This document shows positions 1 through 12,499 of a stretch of 64,000 nucleotides of DNA, piece after piece (the first letter of the stretch is position 1; each line of letters starts with the position of its first letter). The notes below the pieces were generated by a model. That model made no database searches, had not been told where the DNA came from, and saw only the letters and a program-made list of their open reading frames with translations. This DNA comes from the human T2T-CHM13v2.0 reference genome, Homo sapiens. The stretch lies in the NCBI RefSeq assembly GCF_009914755.1, contig NC_060938.1; one strand, written 5' to 3'. Both the position numbers and the translations under genes were made by a program.

Positions 1-179
1 CATCTATGCATTCTATTGTCTTACCTCTTCCTCTGCCTAGCTAACCTTCCCTTCAAAAGGAATAAAATATACCAAAGACTTGTAAAGACAATGAATATAA
101 AGGATAAAGATAGATGGATGATTAGACAGATGCATTTGGACGTATTTGGAATGCCTCTTTGGAGTTATTTCTGTCACTG

Positions 180-370
180 GGGTGGAGAGCTGGGTCATAG
201 CATTCCCAAGTCTCTTTTCTGGCTCTGTCTACTATTGACTAACTTTCTGACCTTAGACAATCCACTTAACCTCTCTATATCTCAGATTTCCCATCTGAGG
301 ACGGGCAAAATAATACTGCCTATTCCCCAAGGGTGTTCTGAGGTTTAATTAATTAGTCTTTGTGCAACAC
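180..370 (+). mobile_element. MIR SINE relic
   Basis: MIR core-like text 'tgaccttagacaatccacttaacctctctatatctcagatttcccatctg'. Confidence 0.7.
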
Positions 371-3094
371 TGACTGGAGACATGCAAAGATTTAATTTAA
401 GCAGTATGTGAACTTGATGTCCAAATGAGGTAATAATTAATGACTTCCAAGAGGATGGGTATCTAAAACAAAAAGTAACCTGCTACAATTCCTCTACCAG
501 TGTTTGTTATAACCAAATTTTGCATTAAGAAAGATAAAATAGTTCTCAGATTAGGATATATATGCATAAATATGCACATATATATATATGTTTTTATGTA
601 CATATAATGGTCAGTTATTATAAAAATCTGATCATAAGCCATGAGTGAAAATAATGAGAATAATGAGATCTGGCATTGATTTGGGGAAATCTTGGGCAAA
701 TGATAAAAAGAAACTGGTCAGTTCTTCACATTCTTCATAGGGAATGAATAGTGATGGTTTTTTCTGTTATTCACTAACCCCTGTTTATCTGAGAGATAAA
801 TTAATCAGAGTAAGGGATGGCAGGACACGAAGAGTGCTCTACTGTTCCTTTACTGATTGCTAGCTTTGCCATTAACCACCTAATCCAAGGTACAGGGAGC
901 TAGGAGAGGGTTTTACTACAGCAGAAGAGCAGATCTAGCCAGAAACAGACCATGAAACAAACAAGCAAACAGAAAAGCAAACACTCCCTATGGCAAGATG
1001 AAAAACTGAAACATAGACAACCCCCTTTACTGTCTCACTCCATCAGTGTCTTATTCTCAAGAATTGATTAGTCAGATCTCTCTGGGAAAGTAGCTGTAGT
1101 CAGGAGTAGAGGGGTAGTTTAAATCTTGTAGCCCAGGAAACCTGCCTTGCCTTTCCTGATGCTTGGGTCAGTCTTGAACAGGCAAAGAGCACTTTGTGGA
1201 GTGAATGATGGCAACTGGAATGAAGGAGACTCATCATCTCTAGCCAGTGTAATTCAGCTTTGCATTTTCAGTTTTCTCTGATCCTCTTTTTATTTGTAAG
1301 CACTGGCATAATAACACCACTGGAGAGATAAGATGAGAACTATTATAGAGGTTATCATTGTGAAGTATTTTCAAGGATATTAGAATGTAAGATTTTCTAC
1401 CTGTAATCAAGTATAACTGTTAACTTATCACCAGTGCTGAACTATACACAAAATAAAGAGATGGATAAATATTATGATTCGCCAGCAGTTGTGTGCATGG
1501 AAAGTATCTCTTGGCATTAGGCTGTCTAATGTAAGATACTGAATTTTTTCCTAGAAATCTCCTGCTAGGCAGCTGCTTCTAATTTCTAATTCATTATGTT
1601 AAGCTGCTTCAAATGCCTCTGTGGGGTTGAGGGAGAATTTATTTTCCCCTTCCATCATTTCATGTCTTTTGTAGTAAGCTCAGGGCTTCCAGAAAAAAAA
1701 AAAAAAAAAACTGTCATCAACAATAAACAGTAAAGAGGTATGAACTCCAGCATATTACTTAGTATTATTATGCATTGAACTTTCTGCTGTGTCTTGTGTG
1801 AAGAGGACAGAGGACAAAATACAGACAGTGATGCATATGCACAACACACTAAATGAATTGCTGAGAAAATGATGAAAATCTATGAGATCTGTTTTGATTG
1901 CATCCTTGGGATCTGGGTAATTCTGTAGTCATTAAGGCCAGCAGATCCCATATTCAGGTTCTGGAGATTTTTATAAAGTATAGATCATTTTCACTATAAC
2001 AAAGTTCTCTGGCCAATTCACCATACTGCAGTGTTGAAAGCTTCCAAAGGGCTATTATTTGTAAATCATTCTTGATTAATGGGCACTATGAGTTGCCTAG
2101 TGTGCAGAATTAACTCTTGTCTAAGGAGTATCCTCTGATCGGATGAGCATTCTCTTCTCTGCCACTTCCATTTCTTTCATTGTTATACATTGAGAAGGTA
2201 TTTCACATTATACACCAGGAATTCAAGGACAGATCAACATTGTGTAGCCTTGAAGACCATGTAATAGTGGTAGATTTTTAAAGCCCAAACGTGACAATAT
2301 CCCTCTATTCATATTGGAAATTATAAAGCAAAAAGCTTTATAATTTTGTTAAAAACCCTCTTTTTATTAAGTAGTCATAAATAACAAAATTGTTTCTAGT
2401 TATTTCTAGCTAAGGTAATTCAGGTGATTAGATTAAGAATGAGTGGAGCGTTGTTTGATCACTAAGTAGAGAAAACTTCAGAAGGCGTATATTTAATTCC
2501 ATTAATAAGTCTTTCTTTTTTCCTTTCTTCATATGGAAAAGCAAAATGAAGTAATCTGGAGACATAACAGTAAAGAAGGCCTTAGCATATTGCTGTTCTG
2601 ATAAATTGCAATAAATTTTAAAAAGCTCTTACTTTGAGTTTGCTTGGGAAAAAAATCTCATACTTGAGAGTTTTATAAGTAGAAAGAGTTGGGAGGAATT
2701 TTAGTTGGGTTTCATTCTTCTAAACTCTATACTGGTATGTTTTTTCATTTTGATACTTTTCAGAGCAGTATAAATGGTGTCAAAGTGGGAACTCGAAATA
2801 AAGTGAACTATTGATATTCTTCAACTCATTAACACACCTCTATGTCATTTTAAGGAGTTTTATATGTTGCTTTCTTCATTAATATCCATCCATTTTAAAA
2901 AATTTATTAAATCTGAAGGACAACTTCCCCAGGACTGGAGCATTACCAATATGCTTATATTTCATACTGAGGGAATAATTTAGTTGTGGGACCATAATCC
3001 ATCCTCCTAAAAACAAATTAATAGAGATAGGAATTTATCTCTCATGATTTTGTTAACCAGAAAATAGAATATTATGCCCAATGAAGATTTATAG

Positions 3095-3138
3095 GAAATG
3101 ATACGTTTGGTGACTAGAAATGATACGTTTGGTGACTA
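3095..3138. repeat. Perfect 22-bp tandem duplication (gaaatgatacgtttggtgacta x2)
   Basis: Read directly. Confidence 0.95.
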
Positions 3139-3684
3139 GTAGTTCATTTTTACAAGTATGCAATGAATCCAAGTCTCTTAACTGAAATTTAATTTCAGCT
3201 AATTTAATTATCAGACCTGGTTTTTAAATTTAGTTTTCTGAGTCACCTCACTGAGTTTTTTTGGCCATATTTAATTCTTTTCATTCTCATTATTTTACTT
3301 CGTAGCTTTAAACATTAATGCAGTAGGTATCCGTAATTTATTCTGGTCATCACCTGATTTGAGTGTTTCTTTCTGTCATCCTCAATTATATACCCAAGAA
3401 GACCATAATACTTCTTATCATTGAACCAAGATTTCTTCTTCCTCACTATGAAGGAATAGAGACTTGATTGTTCAAGTTATCAAAGATTTTCAGCTAGACA
3501 GTGGAAGAGATAACCATAATGAAATGTTACTTGCTAACGTCAGTACTGAGGTTTTGTTGTCTATTTTTTCCTCCCCTTCAATTGCTCAAGGAAGCCTGTT
3601 ATGATGCCTGGTCCATTCAGACCAGGTAAGGCAAACAAGGAAAACGTATGAGAATAATAATGTTTCCTCCACCCAACCCACTAG

Positions 3685-3992
3685 GCCGGCAGTTAACCAT
3701 CTTCAACACTCAGGCGCAAATAGCCATTGGTGGAAAGGACAAAGGACGCCTCTTCCAAGGCCAACTCTCTGGGCTCTATTATGATGGTTTGAAAGTACTG
3801 AACATGGCGGCTGAGAACAACCCCAATATTAAAATCAATGGAAGTGTTCGGCTGGTTGGAGAAGTCCCATCAATTTTGGGAACAACACAGACGACCTCCA
3901 TGCCACCAGAAATGTCTACTACTGTCATGGAAACCACTACTACAATGGCGACTACCACAACCCGTAAGAATCGCTCTACAGCCAGCATTCAG
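3685..3992 (+). CDS. NRXN3: Neurexin-3 internal coding exon (308 nt, phase 1 to phase 0): C-terminal part of the last LNS domain plus O-glycosylated Thr/Ser stalk
   Basis: Translation [103 protein letters not shown] is recognisable neurexin-3. Acceptor ccactag|GC (AG at 3683-3684); donor CAG|gtaggc at 3992/3993. Confidence 0.97.
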
Positions 3993-6900
3993 GTAGGCCT
4001 TTTTCCAAGTATTAATTGCGTCTGTATTTTTATCTTTGCAACATTGTTATCATGGTCATTGCTTTATGTAGCTAAAGAGTTTGAATTACTATGTAAGAAG
4101 GATGCTGGCAGATACTCATAGTAATGAGACCCAGGAGAAGAGAAAGGTGAAGTCATTGCTAAAGAAGTCATAAAAGTCTGTGGCACTCCTGGGTTGTTAT
4201 TCTTATTGTATTTATCACTGAAATGGTAAAGCTGTTATTCAAAACGAGCAATGGACTACACTTTCAGTATGAAATACTCTCTCCTTTAATTTTATTACCT
4301 TTTCAAATAACAGAAAGGGCAAGGGAGGGAAGGAAAATCTGTTATCATATGAAAAGCTATATCCTAGTTCAATTTCATTCACATTCTCCAGATGGCTTTG
4401 CTATAACATGAATCTTTCATTATTGAGGTCAATGGGTACCATTAAATCAAGGGCAGTTAAAGTTAGAAGTGCAACTACTCCTTGTAAAATGCAGTCTTTA
4501 TGTTTGTTATCAAATCCTGATTAATCATGTGTCAGGTTTGTGCCCATTTTGTTTTCTTTATATTTGATCAAGATACTAATTACAGTAGAAAATTTGAAGG
4601 TTTGAGTTTGGCTATACCGGAAGTCCTTGTTTTTGTGGCAGTTTTTTTCCACTTGAAAGTAATTATATCCAAACTAAGCTTAATACTTTGCTGACTCCCT
4701 TGGCATTTCATAAATCTAGTTAGTAGGGGGTAGGAGGTTAACTGAATTATTAGCCTTAAATGCTCTGGCATACCATGAGACATTCCAATTGCTGCTGCGA
4801 CAACAATTACTTACCCCTATCCTAGTTAGTGTTTATAGAAAAATCAGTAGATTAGCACTTGTCCTGTTTGCTTCTTTGTTTTAAGACATTATCCAGGAGC
4901 TCAGTTGTGTCTTTAACATCACCTTTACACTGACTCCAATGGACGTGGTTAACTTAAAGTCAATAATCAATTATACCACCTATGTGTTCCCATTTTTCAG
5001 AATTAAATGTATGTGAGCTAGGTAATGGTAAGTGTATTATCTGTTGCCTTCCTTTTTCCTTTTCCTTGAGCAGAAGTATCCAGACAGCTCTTTACATGGC
5101 TCCACAGTAACAATTTGGAGTTATATATGCTGACAGTGTCATAAGGGCAATTTTATCGTTTTCAAAAGGCTTCTAAAAACCTGGTTAGCATAGTACTGTT
5201 ACCGTCACACATGCTATTACCTGCATACCTACACACATGCTCACGAGAAAAAAAATAGCTCTTCTCTACTGATATTAAACCAATAACTCCTGACACCTTG
5301 CTCTACTCACTGAAAAGAAGATAAAAGGCAATATATATTTCTATTATGACTCTCTCTAGCTCAAGAGCAGATCTGTTTATTGTTGGTGAAAGGATAGTTC
5401 TGTCTGCACAGGTCTTGGCAGACTTGTTTTGTTTCTGTCAGAATGTATTCTGCTAACTCTGTGGGAAGCAGAGAAGCAAATGGCTTTTTCTTCATAGGAA
5501 TGGCTGGTCCTGTAGTTCTTTTTAAGGCCAAATTTTCACTGACCTTGAGATGATTTAATGTTACACGGGGATTCGGGAACCAAGCTGTAGTAATTATTGG
5601 TTTTTTGGCTTTCCCTCCTGTAGCACATACATAAATGGGAATAAACTGGGTGAGTTCCTGAACTCTTTCCGCAGATTAAGAAAGTCAGAACTTTGGAAGA
5701 AAAGTAGGGTACAAGATACAAAATCTTGCTAGTGATTATAACTCTAAACGTTATAGAACCTATGGCCATTTTAGAGGAGATGAACAACTGGGAATGCCTT
5801 CTCCAATAGCCTCTCTCTGGCATGTGTTTCTTTAAGTCCAGTAATTATCGAACTACATCTACATGCTTTTCCTTTTACTTCCACCAAGTCTACAAAAATG
5901 AGTTATAAACCTGTTGAGACTCTTTGGTTTTAAGGGTAAGTACATCCTCTTGGAGGAAAGCCAATAGCCTACAAGAATTGATTAGACTGCGATGAGGGAT
6001 TTTAAAAGCCCTGGATTTTTTGGAAGACTAACTAGAGGAAATAACTTTCTGCCAAGGGTTTTGGAAATCTTTTTTGTTCTTGACCACTAGTCATCAGAAC
6101 TCTGCCCTGTGCTCCATTAAAAACTTAAAAGCCTCATCTTCAAGCCTAGTCTGGTCTTAAACACATTCTGTTGATCACATCAAACCTATGTTAGGACTGG
6201 GGACCCAACAACTATTGGATTCTATTCAAAGTTTAGGACAATTCCCAGACTCTAGAGACTGCAGGTAAGGAAGGTCAGTCCCAGAAGCATTAATATGCCT
6301 ATGTGACCCCACTACTTTTCTTAGATGAGGAGGATTCATAAAGTTCTGATCTCTGGGAGATACTTCAGAAGTGAGTGGGGAAAAAAAGGTAGGGAAGACT
6401 GGATTTCATATTCACCAGGCCCATTATTCACTTTTTTATCTATATGTGAAATCATACATAGAACATTTTCCAAATGATACCACTGTTCTGTCCTCTTTTG
6501 CTAAATTTAATAACATTGTCAAAGCAAAGTTTTCCTAAAATGAGACTCCTCTAGGAGAAAGAAAATAAGCATGTCAGTCCACCAGTATAAAAACCTGTCT
6601 GTTCAAAAATCCTCTAGTTCTTTCTTAAAGCATAAGCAAAGAAAACATCCTTTCAAGAGTTCTTTCCTGGTCAACCTGAGGTAGTGTTGATTTCAGATCA
6701 AAGGAAAACTGTAAGGTGCTTTCAGTGCTGCTTTTAACCGTGTGTGAATGTGAACAAGTAGTTTTTGAGTTGGTATGTCTGTCTAGTGTTATAGCCTCTT
6801 AGAAGTAATTGGTGCTTTGATCTTTCTGATTCCATTTTGTTACAGGTAAGAGTGTAGAACTATCTGTGAATAACCTGGCTGATGTTAATTTACTCATAGC

Positions 6901-7310
6901 AATCATGCCCAAGCATCAGGTCTTGATCCTACATTGAGAAGGATAGCTCTAGGTACTCTATTGAATTTTAAAAAATTTAAGATGTGCATTGAGAAAGCAG
7001 GTGTGTGAGTGATAATTCTCAAGTAAAGGCCTGGCACTTCATAGGTGCTCAGTAAATATTTACTGAATACATCTGAAAACAAGACAGGCTTTATTACCTA
7101 CTTTAGAGTCATTTCACAATGGAAGGTAGCATAGCTTGAGGAAAGTGTTTCCTCCACAGTGATCAGGGTGCTTTGGCCAAATTTGTTGTATTTTTCAGTA
7201 GTAAGGCTATAGCATAGTGATTCAGTGCATGCACTTGGAGCTAGATTAGCTGGGTTTAAAACTTTGTTCATCCTCATATTAGCTTACATGACCCCAGACA
7301 AGTCATGTAA

Positions 7311-7846
7311 GTTCTAGTTAACTATTTATATGAAACAAATTTTCCCATAACTTGGTGGTTTAAAACAATTATGTCATTAGATTTCAAAATTCTGTGAGAC
7401 AGAAATTTGGGCACAGTTCAGCAAGGCAATTCTTCTGTGCCATCTAGAGAGATGATTGTGTTCACTCAGTGGCTGACTTTGCCTGGAGGGTCTGGCTTTA
7501 TTTACATACCTTGTGCTTTGCTGGGTTAACTGGGAAGATGGGACTCAGCAGGGCCCTTTTCCCTCTCTATGTATTCTCTGGGATTCTCCTTGTGGTTTCT
7601 CCAGCAAAGCAGATGGGCTGTGTTTATAGAGGCTCAGGGCTTCCAGAGAGAGTACTTCCAGGGGCAGGAAGTAGAGGGTGCCAGTTTTATATAGCCTGGG
7701 CTGGGTAACTGGCAGTGTCACTTGTACAATATGCTATTAGTCTAAACAGTCACAGAGCTTTCCCAGTTTCAGAGGAGGAGACATAAATATCACTTCTCAA
7801 TAGGAGGCGGAGTAGCAATAATTTGCAACCAACCTAAGTCTACCAC
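7311..7846 (-). mobile_element. MLT1-family (MaLR) solo LTR inserted in a MIR
   Basis: 'acttggtggtttaaaacaa...ttctgtg...gaaatttgggcacagttcagc' and terminal 'ctaccaca'; MIR halves on either side (about 7200-7310 and 7850-8005). Confidence 0.65.
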
Positions 7847-9528
7847 ATTACTAAGGCTACCATATTATAAAGTAGGGAGGGTGGTGTACTTCTAGTGGCT
7901 ATGTTATATGATTGTCATAAGGATAACTGAGTTGATATAAGTAAAATGCTTAAAATAAGTGTACCATTCAAAGTAAGACTGCATGCGTTTTAACCATTAT
8001 TATTATATTCTGTTTCCCACAATTGGTGTATTAAATCAAGATCCTCTCAGGCAAATATCTGCCTCAGAAAATGGGGCTGTGACTACCGACAGTAGTGGCT
8101 ATAGTTTAGAGTAAGGGCTAGGAAGTTTGGGGGAAATAGAGATTTGAAGGTGGATCCAAGCAGAATTTAGGGGCTGAAATTAGTCCTGGCAAATCAAAAT
8201 TTCTATGATCTCAGGAACAGACTTCTCTGACACCTCACTACCCATCTTTAAAGTTCTGTTTTATTTTAAACCAACTTAGAGTTCTATGAGTCTTTGAAAA
8301 TATGTTCTGTCTATCCACATGTCTTTTAGGGTTGCAAAGAAGACAAATCCAGATTCCTTACCATCGTGGAATTTACAATCTAAATAGGGCAAGAGGGTTT
8401 GACATGAGCTATCCATATGAAGTAGTGACTCATGAATGGCTCTTTGTGCTGGGGATGGCAAGTGTTGCATGGTGTGGCTTGACTGGATCTCATGCACTCA
8501 TTCTACTAGGCCTTGTTGTAAAAAGAGCACAATTGGACAGGTGGTGAGAGGAACATATTCCTGGTTGGTCAAATGTCAGCCAGAAGCTAAGTTGTTAAAA
8601 GCAGAGATTATAATCTCTGGGAGAGATAGCCAAGTCCAAGTAGAACAGAGAATGCATAAGAGGGAGTTTGTGAGTAGCAAGGGGTCCAGAATCAAAATCT
8701 TGGCCTGAAACTTTGCCAAGTGGGAGAGGGCCCAGAGGGGTAAACTGAATTGGGTTCCCTGTGTACCTTACTACCAGGAATGCCCCAATAATTGCACAAA
8801 CACTTCCTCTACAACTGACTCCAATATTGGTGGGTAATTATTATGGTGCTGATAGGTCAGCTTCTAAAATAGAAAAGTTCAACTCAGTCTACACTCAAAT
8901 TCGTTGGTCTTCCTTCAGGATAGAAGGAAAAAGTGAGAAACAAGTCTTTTACCTTATGTCTCCATCCTGAGTTATCAGCAGAAAAAAAAAAAAGCTCAGT
9001 GTGTTCTGTGCAAATCACCATTTGGAATCATTTATAAACTATTTGCAGGATACTGATCATGACATACTTTTTCTGTGTTGGGCATTGGTAAAGTCACCTT
9101 GACATTGGCAACTGCTGCCTGAAAATTGCCAGAAAATCACAATGCTCAGCATGGATTGGAACTATCCTTATAACTAGTCAAAATGAAAGACTTAAGAGGT
9201 TTGTGAGATTTCATTCTCAAGCTTCACAAACTTGGTGGTTGAATGTGAACCACTTTTGCAAATTCCAGAAGGAAGCCACAATTTCTCATGTTTTGTAAAA
9301 ATTCTTATAGGCAAAGTACTCTTAGCTTTTCAGTGTCAGACTGGAGACAGTAAGAAGCATGCTTCAGCCTTGATACTGATGATTACAAAACAAAGAAAAA
9401 ACTTTGGATTAAAATGTTCATCCTGCGCAACGTCTGTTCTGGGTAGAGTCTCAGTGTGTTGAAGAGCGTGGGCTTTTGCGTCAGAGTTTCTGAGTTGGAC
9501 TCCAGGTTTTTCCAGTTGCTTAGCTGTA

Positions 9529-9785
9529 TGTATAAGTCTGTTCTCACACTGCTATAAAAAACTACCCGAGACTAAGTAATTTATAAAGAAAAGAGGTTTA
9601 ATTGACTCACAGTTCCGTATGCCTGGAGAGGCCTCAGGAAACTTACAATCATGATGGCCGGAGAGAGAAAGGAGAGTGGGGAAACTGCCCCCCTGATCCC
9701 CCCTCCCACCAGGTCCCTCCCTCTACATGTGCGGATTATAATTTGAGATGAGATTTGCCTAGGGACACAGAGCCAAACCATATTG
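9529..9785 (-). mobile_element. THE1D/MST-type MaLR solo LTR, internally deleted, nested in a MIR
   Basis: tgtataagtctgttctcacactgctataaa...gagccaaaccatattg termini; 5-bp TSD ctgta at 9524-9528 and 9786-9790. Confidence 0.88.
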
Positions 9786-10206
9786 CTGTATATCTCTGGG
9801 CAGGTGATTAGCCTCTCTAAGCCTCAGTTTTACTGTCTGTAAAAGTGGCCTTACAGTACCTTTCCCGTAGGCTCCTTGTAAATAGTAAAGTGCAATCATG
9901 TGTGAAAAGCACCCCATAACTTTTCAGTAAAAATTTTCACATAAGGAAACCACTTCAACCTAAGGGACTCTCCCAGAACTCACAGATCTCCCTAGAGCTT
10001 AGCCTTCCTGTGGGGCTGGATAAGCCCAGGAACAATTTTGTTTATACTCATACAAACTCACAAGGGCCTGGATTGTGAGTTCTTCTAAGGGCCCCAGATT
10101 GAATCAGAGCCCCAAGCTCATCAATCAGGAGAGATTGCTACGGCAGGCTCTTTCATATTCTGGAGTGGGAATTGGCTTTGCTGAACAGTTACAACACATA
10201 GACTAT

Positions 10207-10288
10207 TCTATTAGGTTGAAGTGTATGAAACCACTATTTTTGTAGATCAAAATGGTTAAATATTAGCAATATCACATGGTTCTACGAT
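10207..10288. mobile_element. MADE2-like mariner MITE (degenerate)
   Basis: tattaggttgaa...tatgaaa...tttttgtagatcaaaatggttaaatattagcaat...catggttc, about 80 bp with degraded TIRs. Confidence 0.7.
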
Positions 10289-11299
10289 GACACACAGATT
10301 TACAGCATGTTGTTATCAATGGCACTTCGAGGCCCAGACTAGAACCTCAGATATTCTCCAGGTCTTCAAATAATCAAACTGCCTTGCACTGGGAGACAAG
10401 ATAGATCCACCTTATCCCCAAATACTGTGCTATAGCAGGATGTAGATCACACTGTATCAAAACTGGTTATATTTACCCAAAGAATTATCCCCTCTGGGTC
10501 CTTCCACCTTTTCCCTGCTGCCACCAGCTTGAGAGAAATGAGATAAGGAATCTACACAGTTTTCATCTCCTTGCTTTTACCACTAGACAACAGAGCCTCC
10601 GGGGGAAGTTTATTTTTAGGATCAGGGCTCAACTAATATTGATTAACAGCCTTACATAATGTGAGGCTCCAGGGTTTGTTCTTTTCCTGCCAAGCCTCAT
10701 AACTGGAGAAGGCGCTGAAGATTTGTCAGTCTAATCAGACTTTAGCTGCCAGCCAAGAAATATCTTCTGTCTTCTCCTTACCCTTACGCAGGTACTTTCT
10801 TTTTCCCTCTTAGAGAATAATTTGGGGGGAGAGAAATTGCACTCTAATTTACTTGTTGCCTGGTAAGATTCTCTGGTGACATTTACTCTCTGGAACTGCA
10901 CAGTTCTAACAACAACAGAAAAGGGAGCTTGATGGGTTTACCTTCCTCTTAAAGACTTAGATGTTGGCAGTACAAATAGGCAAGTGAAAAGAGTGCAGTG
11001 TAGTTTGTTTTCATCCTTCCTTTAATACGTAATTTTGGTGGATGGAACAGGTGCTTTCCAAAACTAGGTCTAGTCGATGAAAGGGTCCTGAGGGCAGACG
11101 AAGTGTGAAAGCTCCCAGGAGAATTCATAGAGATGCCCTTCCAATTAGGATGTAATATTTACAGGATGGAATTTCCACCAGAACTACTAATAAAGTGCTG
11201 GCTCTTATTTCTAGGCATCTGAACAGCTGGGAGGGAAGTGGGGTCAGTTCTTGGCTACCCACGGGTGGAGGTCCCTGAGTGTTTTTAAACCTCAGGGTG

Positions 11300-12040
11300 G
11301 TTTTTCTAATTACCTAACAGACTCTTTAGCCGAATCTAAAGCCAAAATCCTTGCTGCGTGGCATATGGTTCTCCTCCTTCCTATTGCTCTGACCATATTT
11401 TCCACCACGTTGCTCCAATCACACAGGTCTTCTTGATCCTTCTTGAACACAGAGCAAGAAGAAGGGTGAAACCGGTGAGGCAGGATTATGCAATTGCAAG
11501 CTTAGATTTTCATCTTAAAATTGATATTTGACTTTTTGCTTTTGCAGATTTTTTTCCTGCATTAATATTGATTTTAAAATATTTCAGCAAATGAAAACAA
11601 AGTTTTAGCAAACCCCCGTTAAATCTTACACCTTAAGCGAGTGTCTCATTCAATCTTCTCAGCCCTGCCTGAATGTGCCAAGCGTGCCTGTGCCTTTTCA
11701 CCTGCCATTTCCTCTGCCTGCAACAGCCCTTCCCTGCTATTCACAGTACTCACTCCCTCACTTCACCCAGGTTTCCGCTTATATTGCACCTTCCAGAAAG
11801 GACCTTCTTGACCGTCTGTAAAATACAACACTCTATCGCCTTTTCCTGTTTTGTTACCTCTCATAGCACTTATCACTGCCTGACATTATAGCTCACATTT
11901 ATTTGTTTATTGTCCCTATTTAGTAGATTGTGAGTTCTAGGATGGCAAGATCTTTATTTTAGGCACTAAAATAGCACAGTGCCTAGAACAGTAGCGAGCA
12001 CAGAGTAATACGCAGTCAATGTTGGTTGAAAGGTATAAAT
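11300..12040 (+). mobile_element. L2 LINE 3' fragment, apparently interrupted at about 11460-11665
   Basis: L2 3'-end text 'gtgcctagaacagtagcgagcacagagtaatacgcagtcaatgttggttgaa'. Confidence 0.65.
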
Positions 12041-12499
12041 AGTCAACCATCCACCAGTACCTTCTCAGGGAGTCCACAGGCCACACAATATTTACAGGCT
12101 GAATCCAAGCCCCTGTTTCCCAGGACCCACTCCCTCATGAGGCTCACCAGTGAGGGTGGGCACCACTGGGTTTGCTGCTCTTGGATCTTTGCTCTAGGAA
12201 TAAGGAGTCCCAGAGATATCTCCTTGTCTCTGGTATGTAAGATTATTTTTGTTAGCTTCCAGTCTTGTTGCTCAGCCAAAAGCAAGGGCTAATTCTAGCA
12301 CGTATAGTTTTCAAATCACTTTTGGAAATGTAATATCACCCACCTTTCCCTTTCCAGTTTCTTCTTCTTCCTTTCCAAATAACTTAATCCTTAATTCTCC
12401 TAAAACCCACTTTCAAATATATGCAAATAAAAATTACTTGGTAAGGATGGAAAATTAACTTGAGGCTTTTTTACTTTTTTTTTTTTTTTTTTTTTGGTC

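Larger units (their letters stand above)
1..3684 (+). other. NRXN3: 3' part of the NRXN3 intron preceding the exon (downstream of the splice-site-4 region)
   Basis: Ends at the AG acceptor; no upstream neurexin coding sequence is recognisable in 1-3684. Confidence 0.85.

Noticed and set aside
3648-3684. ATG-initiated ORF ([12 protein letters not shown]) as an independent short neurexin start
   Set aside because: This is the acceptor region read in frame; no signal peptide or promoter evidence in the sequence.
3961-3969. Internal donor-like CCC|gtaaga within the NRXN3 exon
   Set aside because: Weak exonic context and frame-shifting relative to the phase-0 donor; no support from the sequence alone.
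10760-10815. Strong pyrimidine tract with CAG|gtactt as a second recursive site (also cacag|gtacct near 45956)
   Set aside because: The regenerated donor would be weak; such motifs occur by chance in 60 kb.
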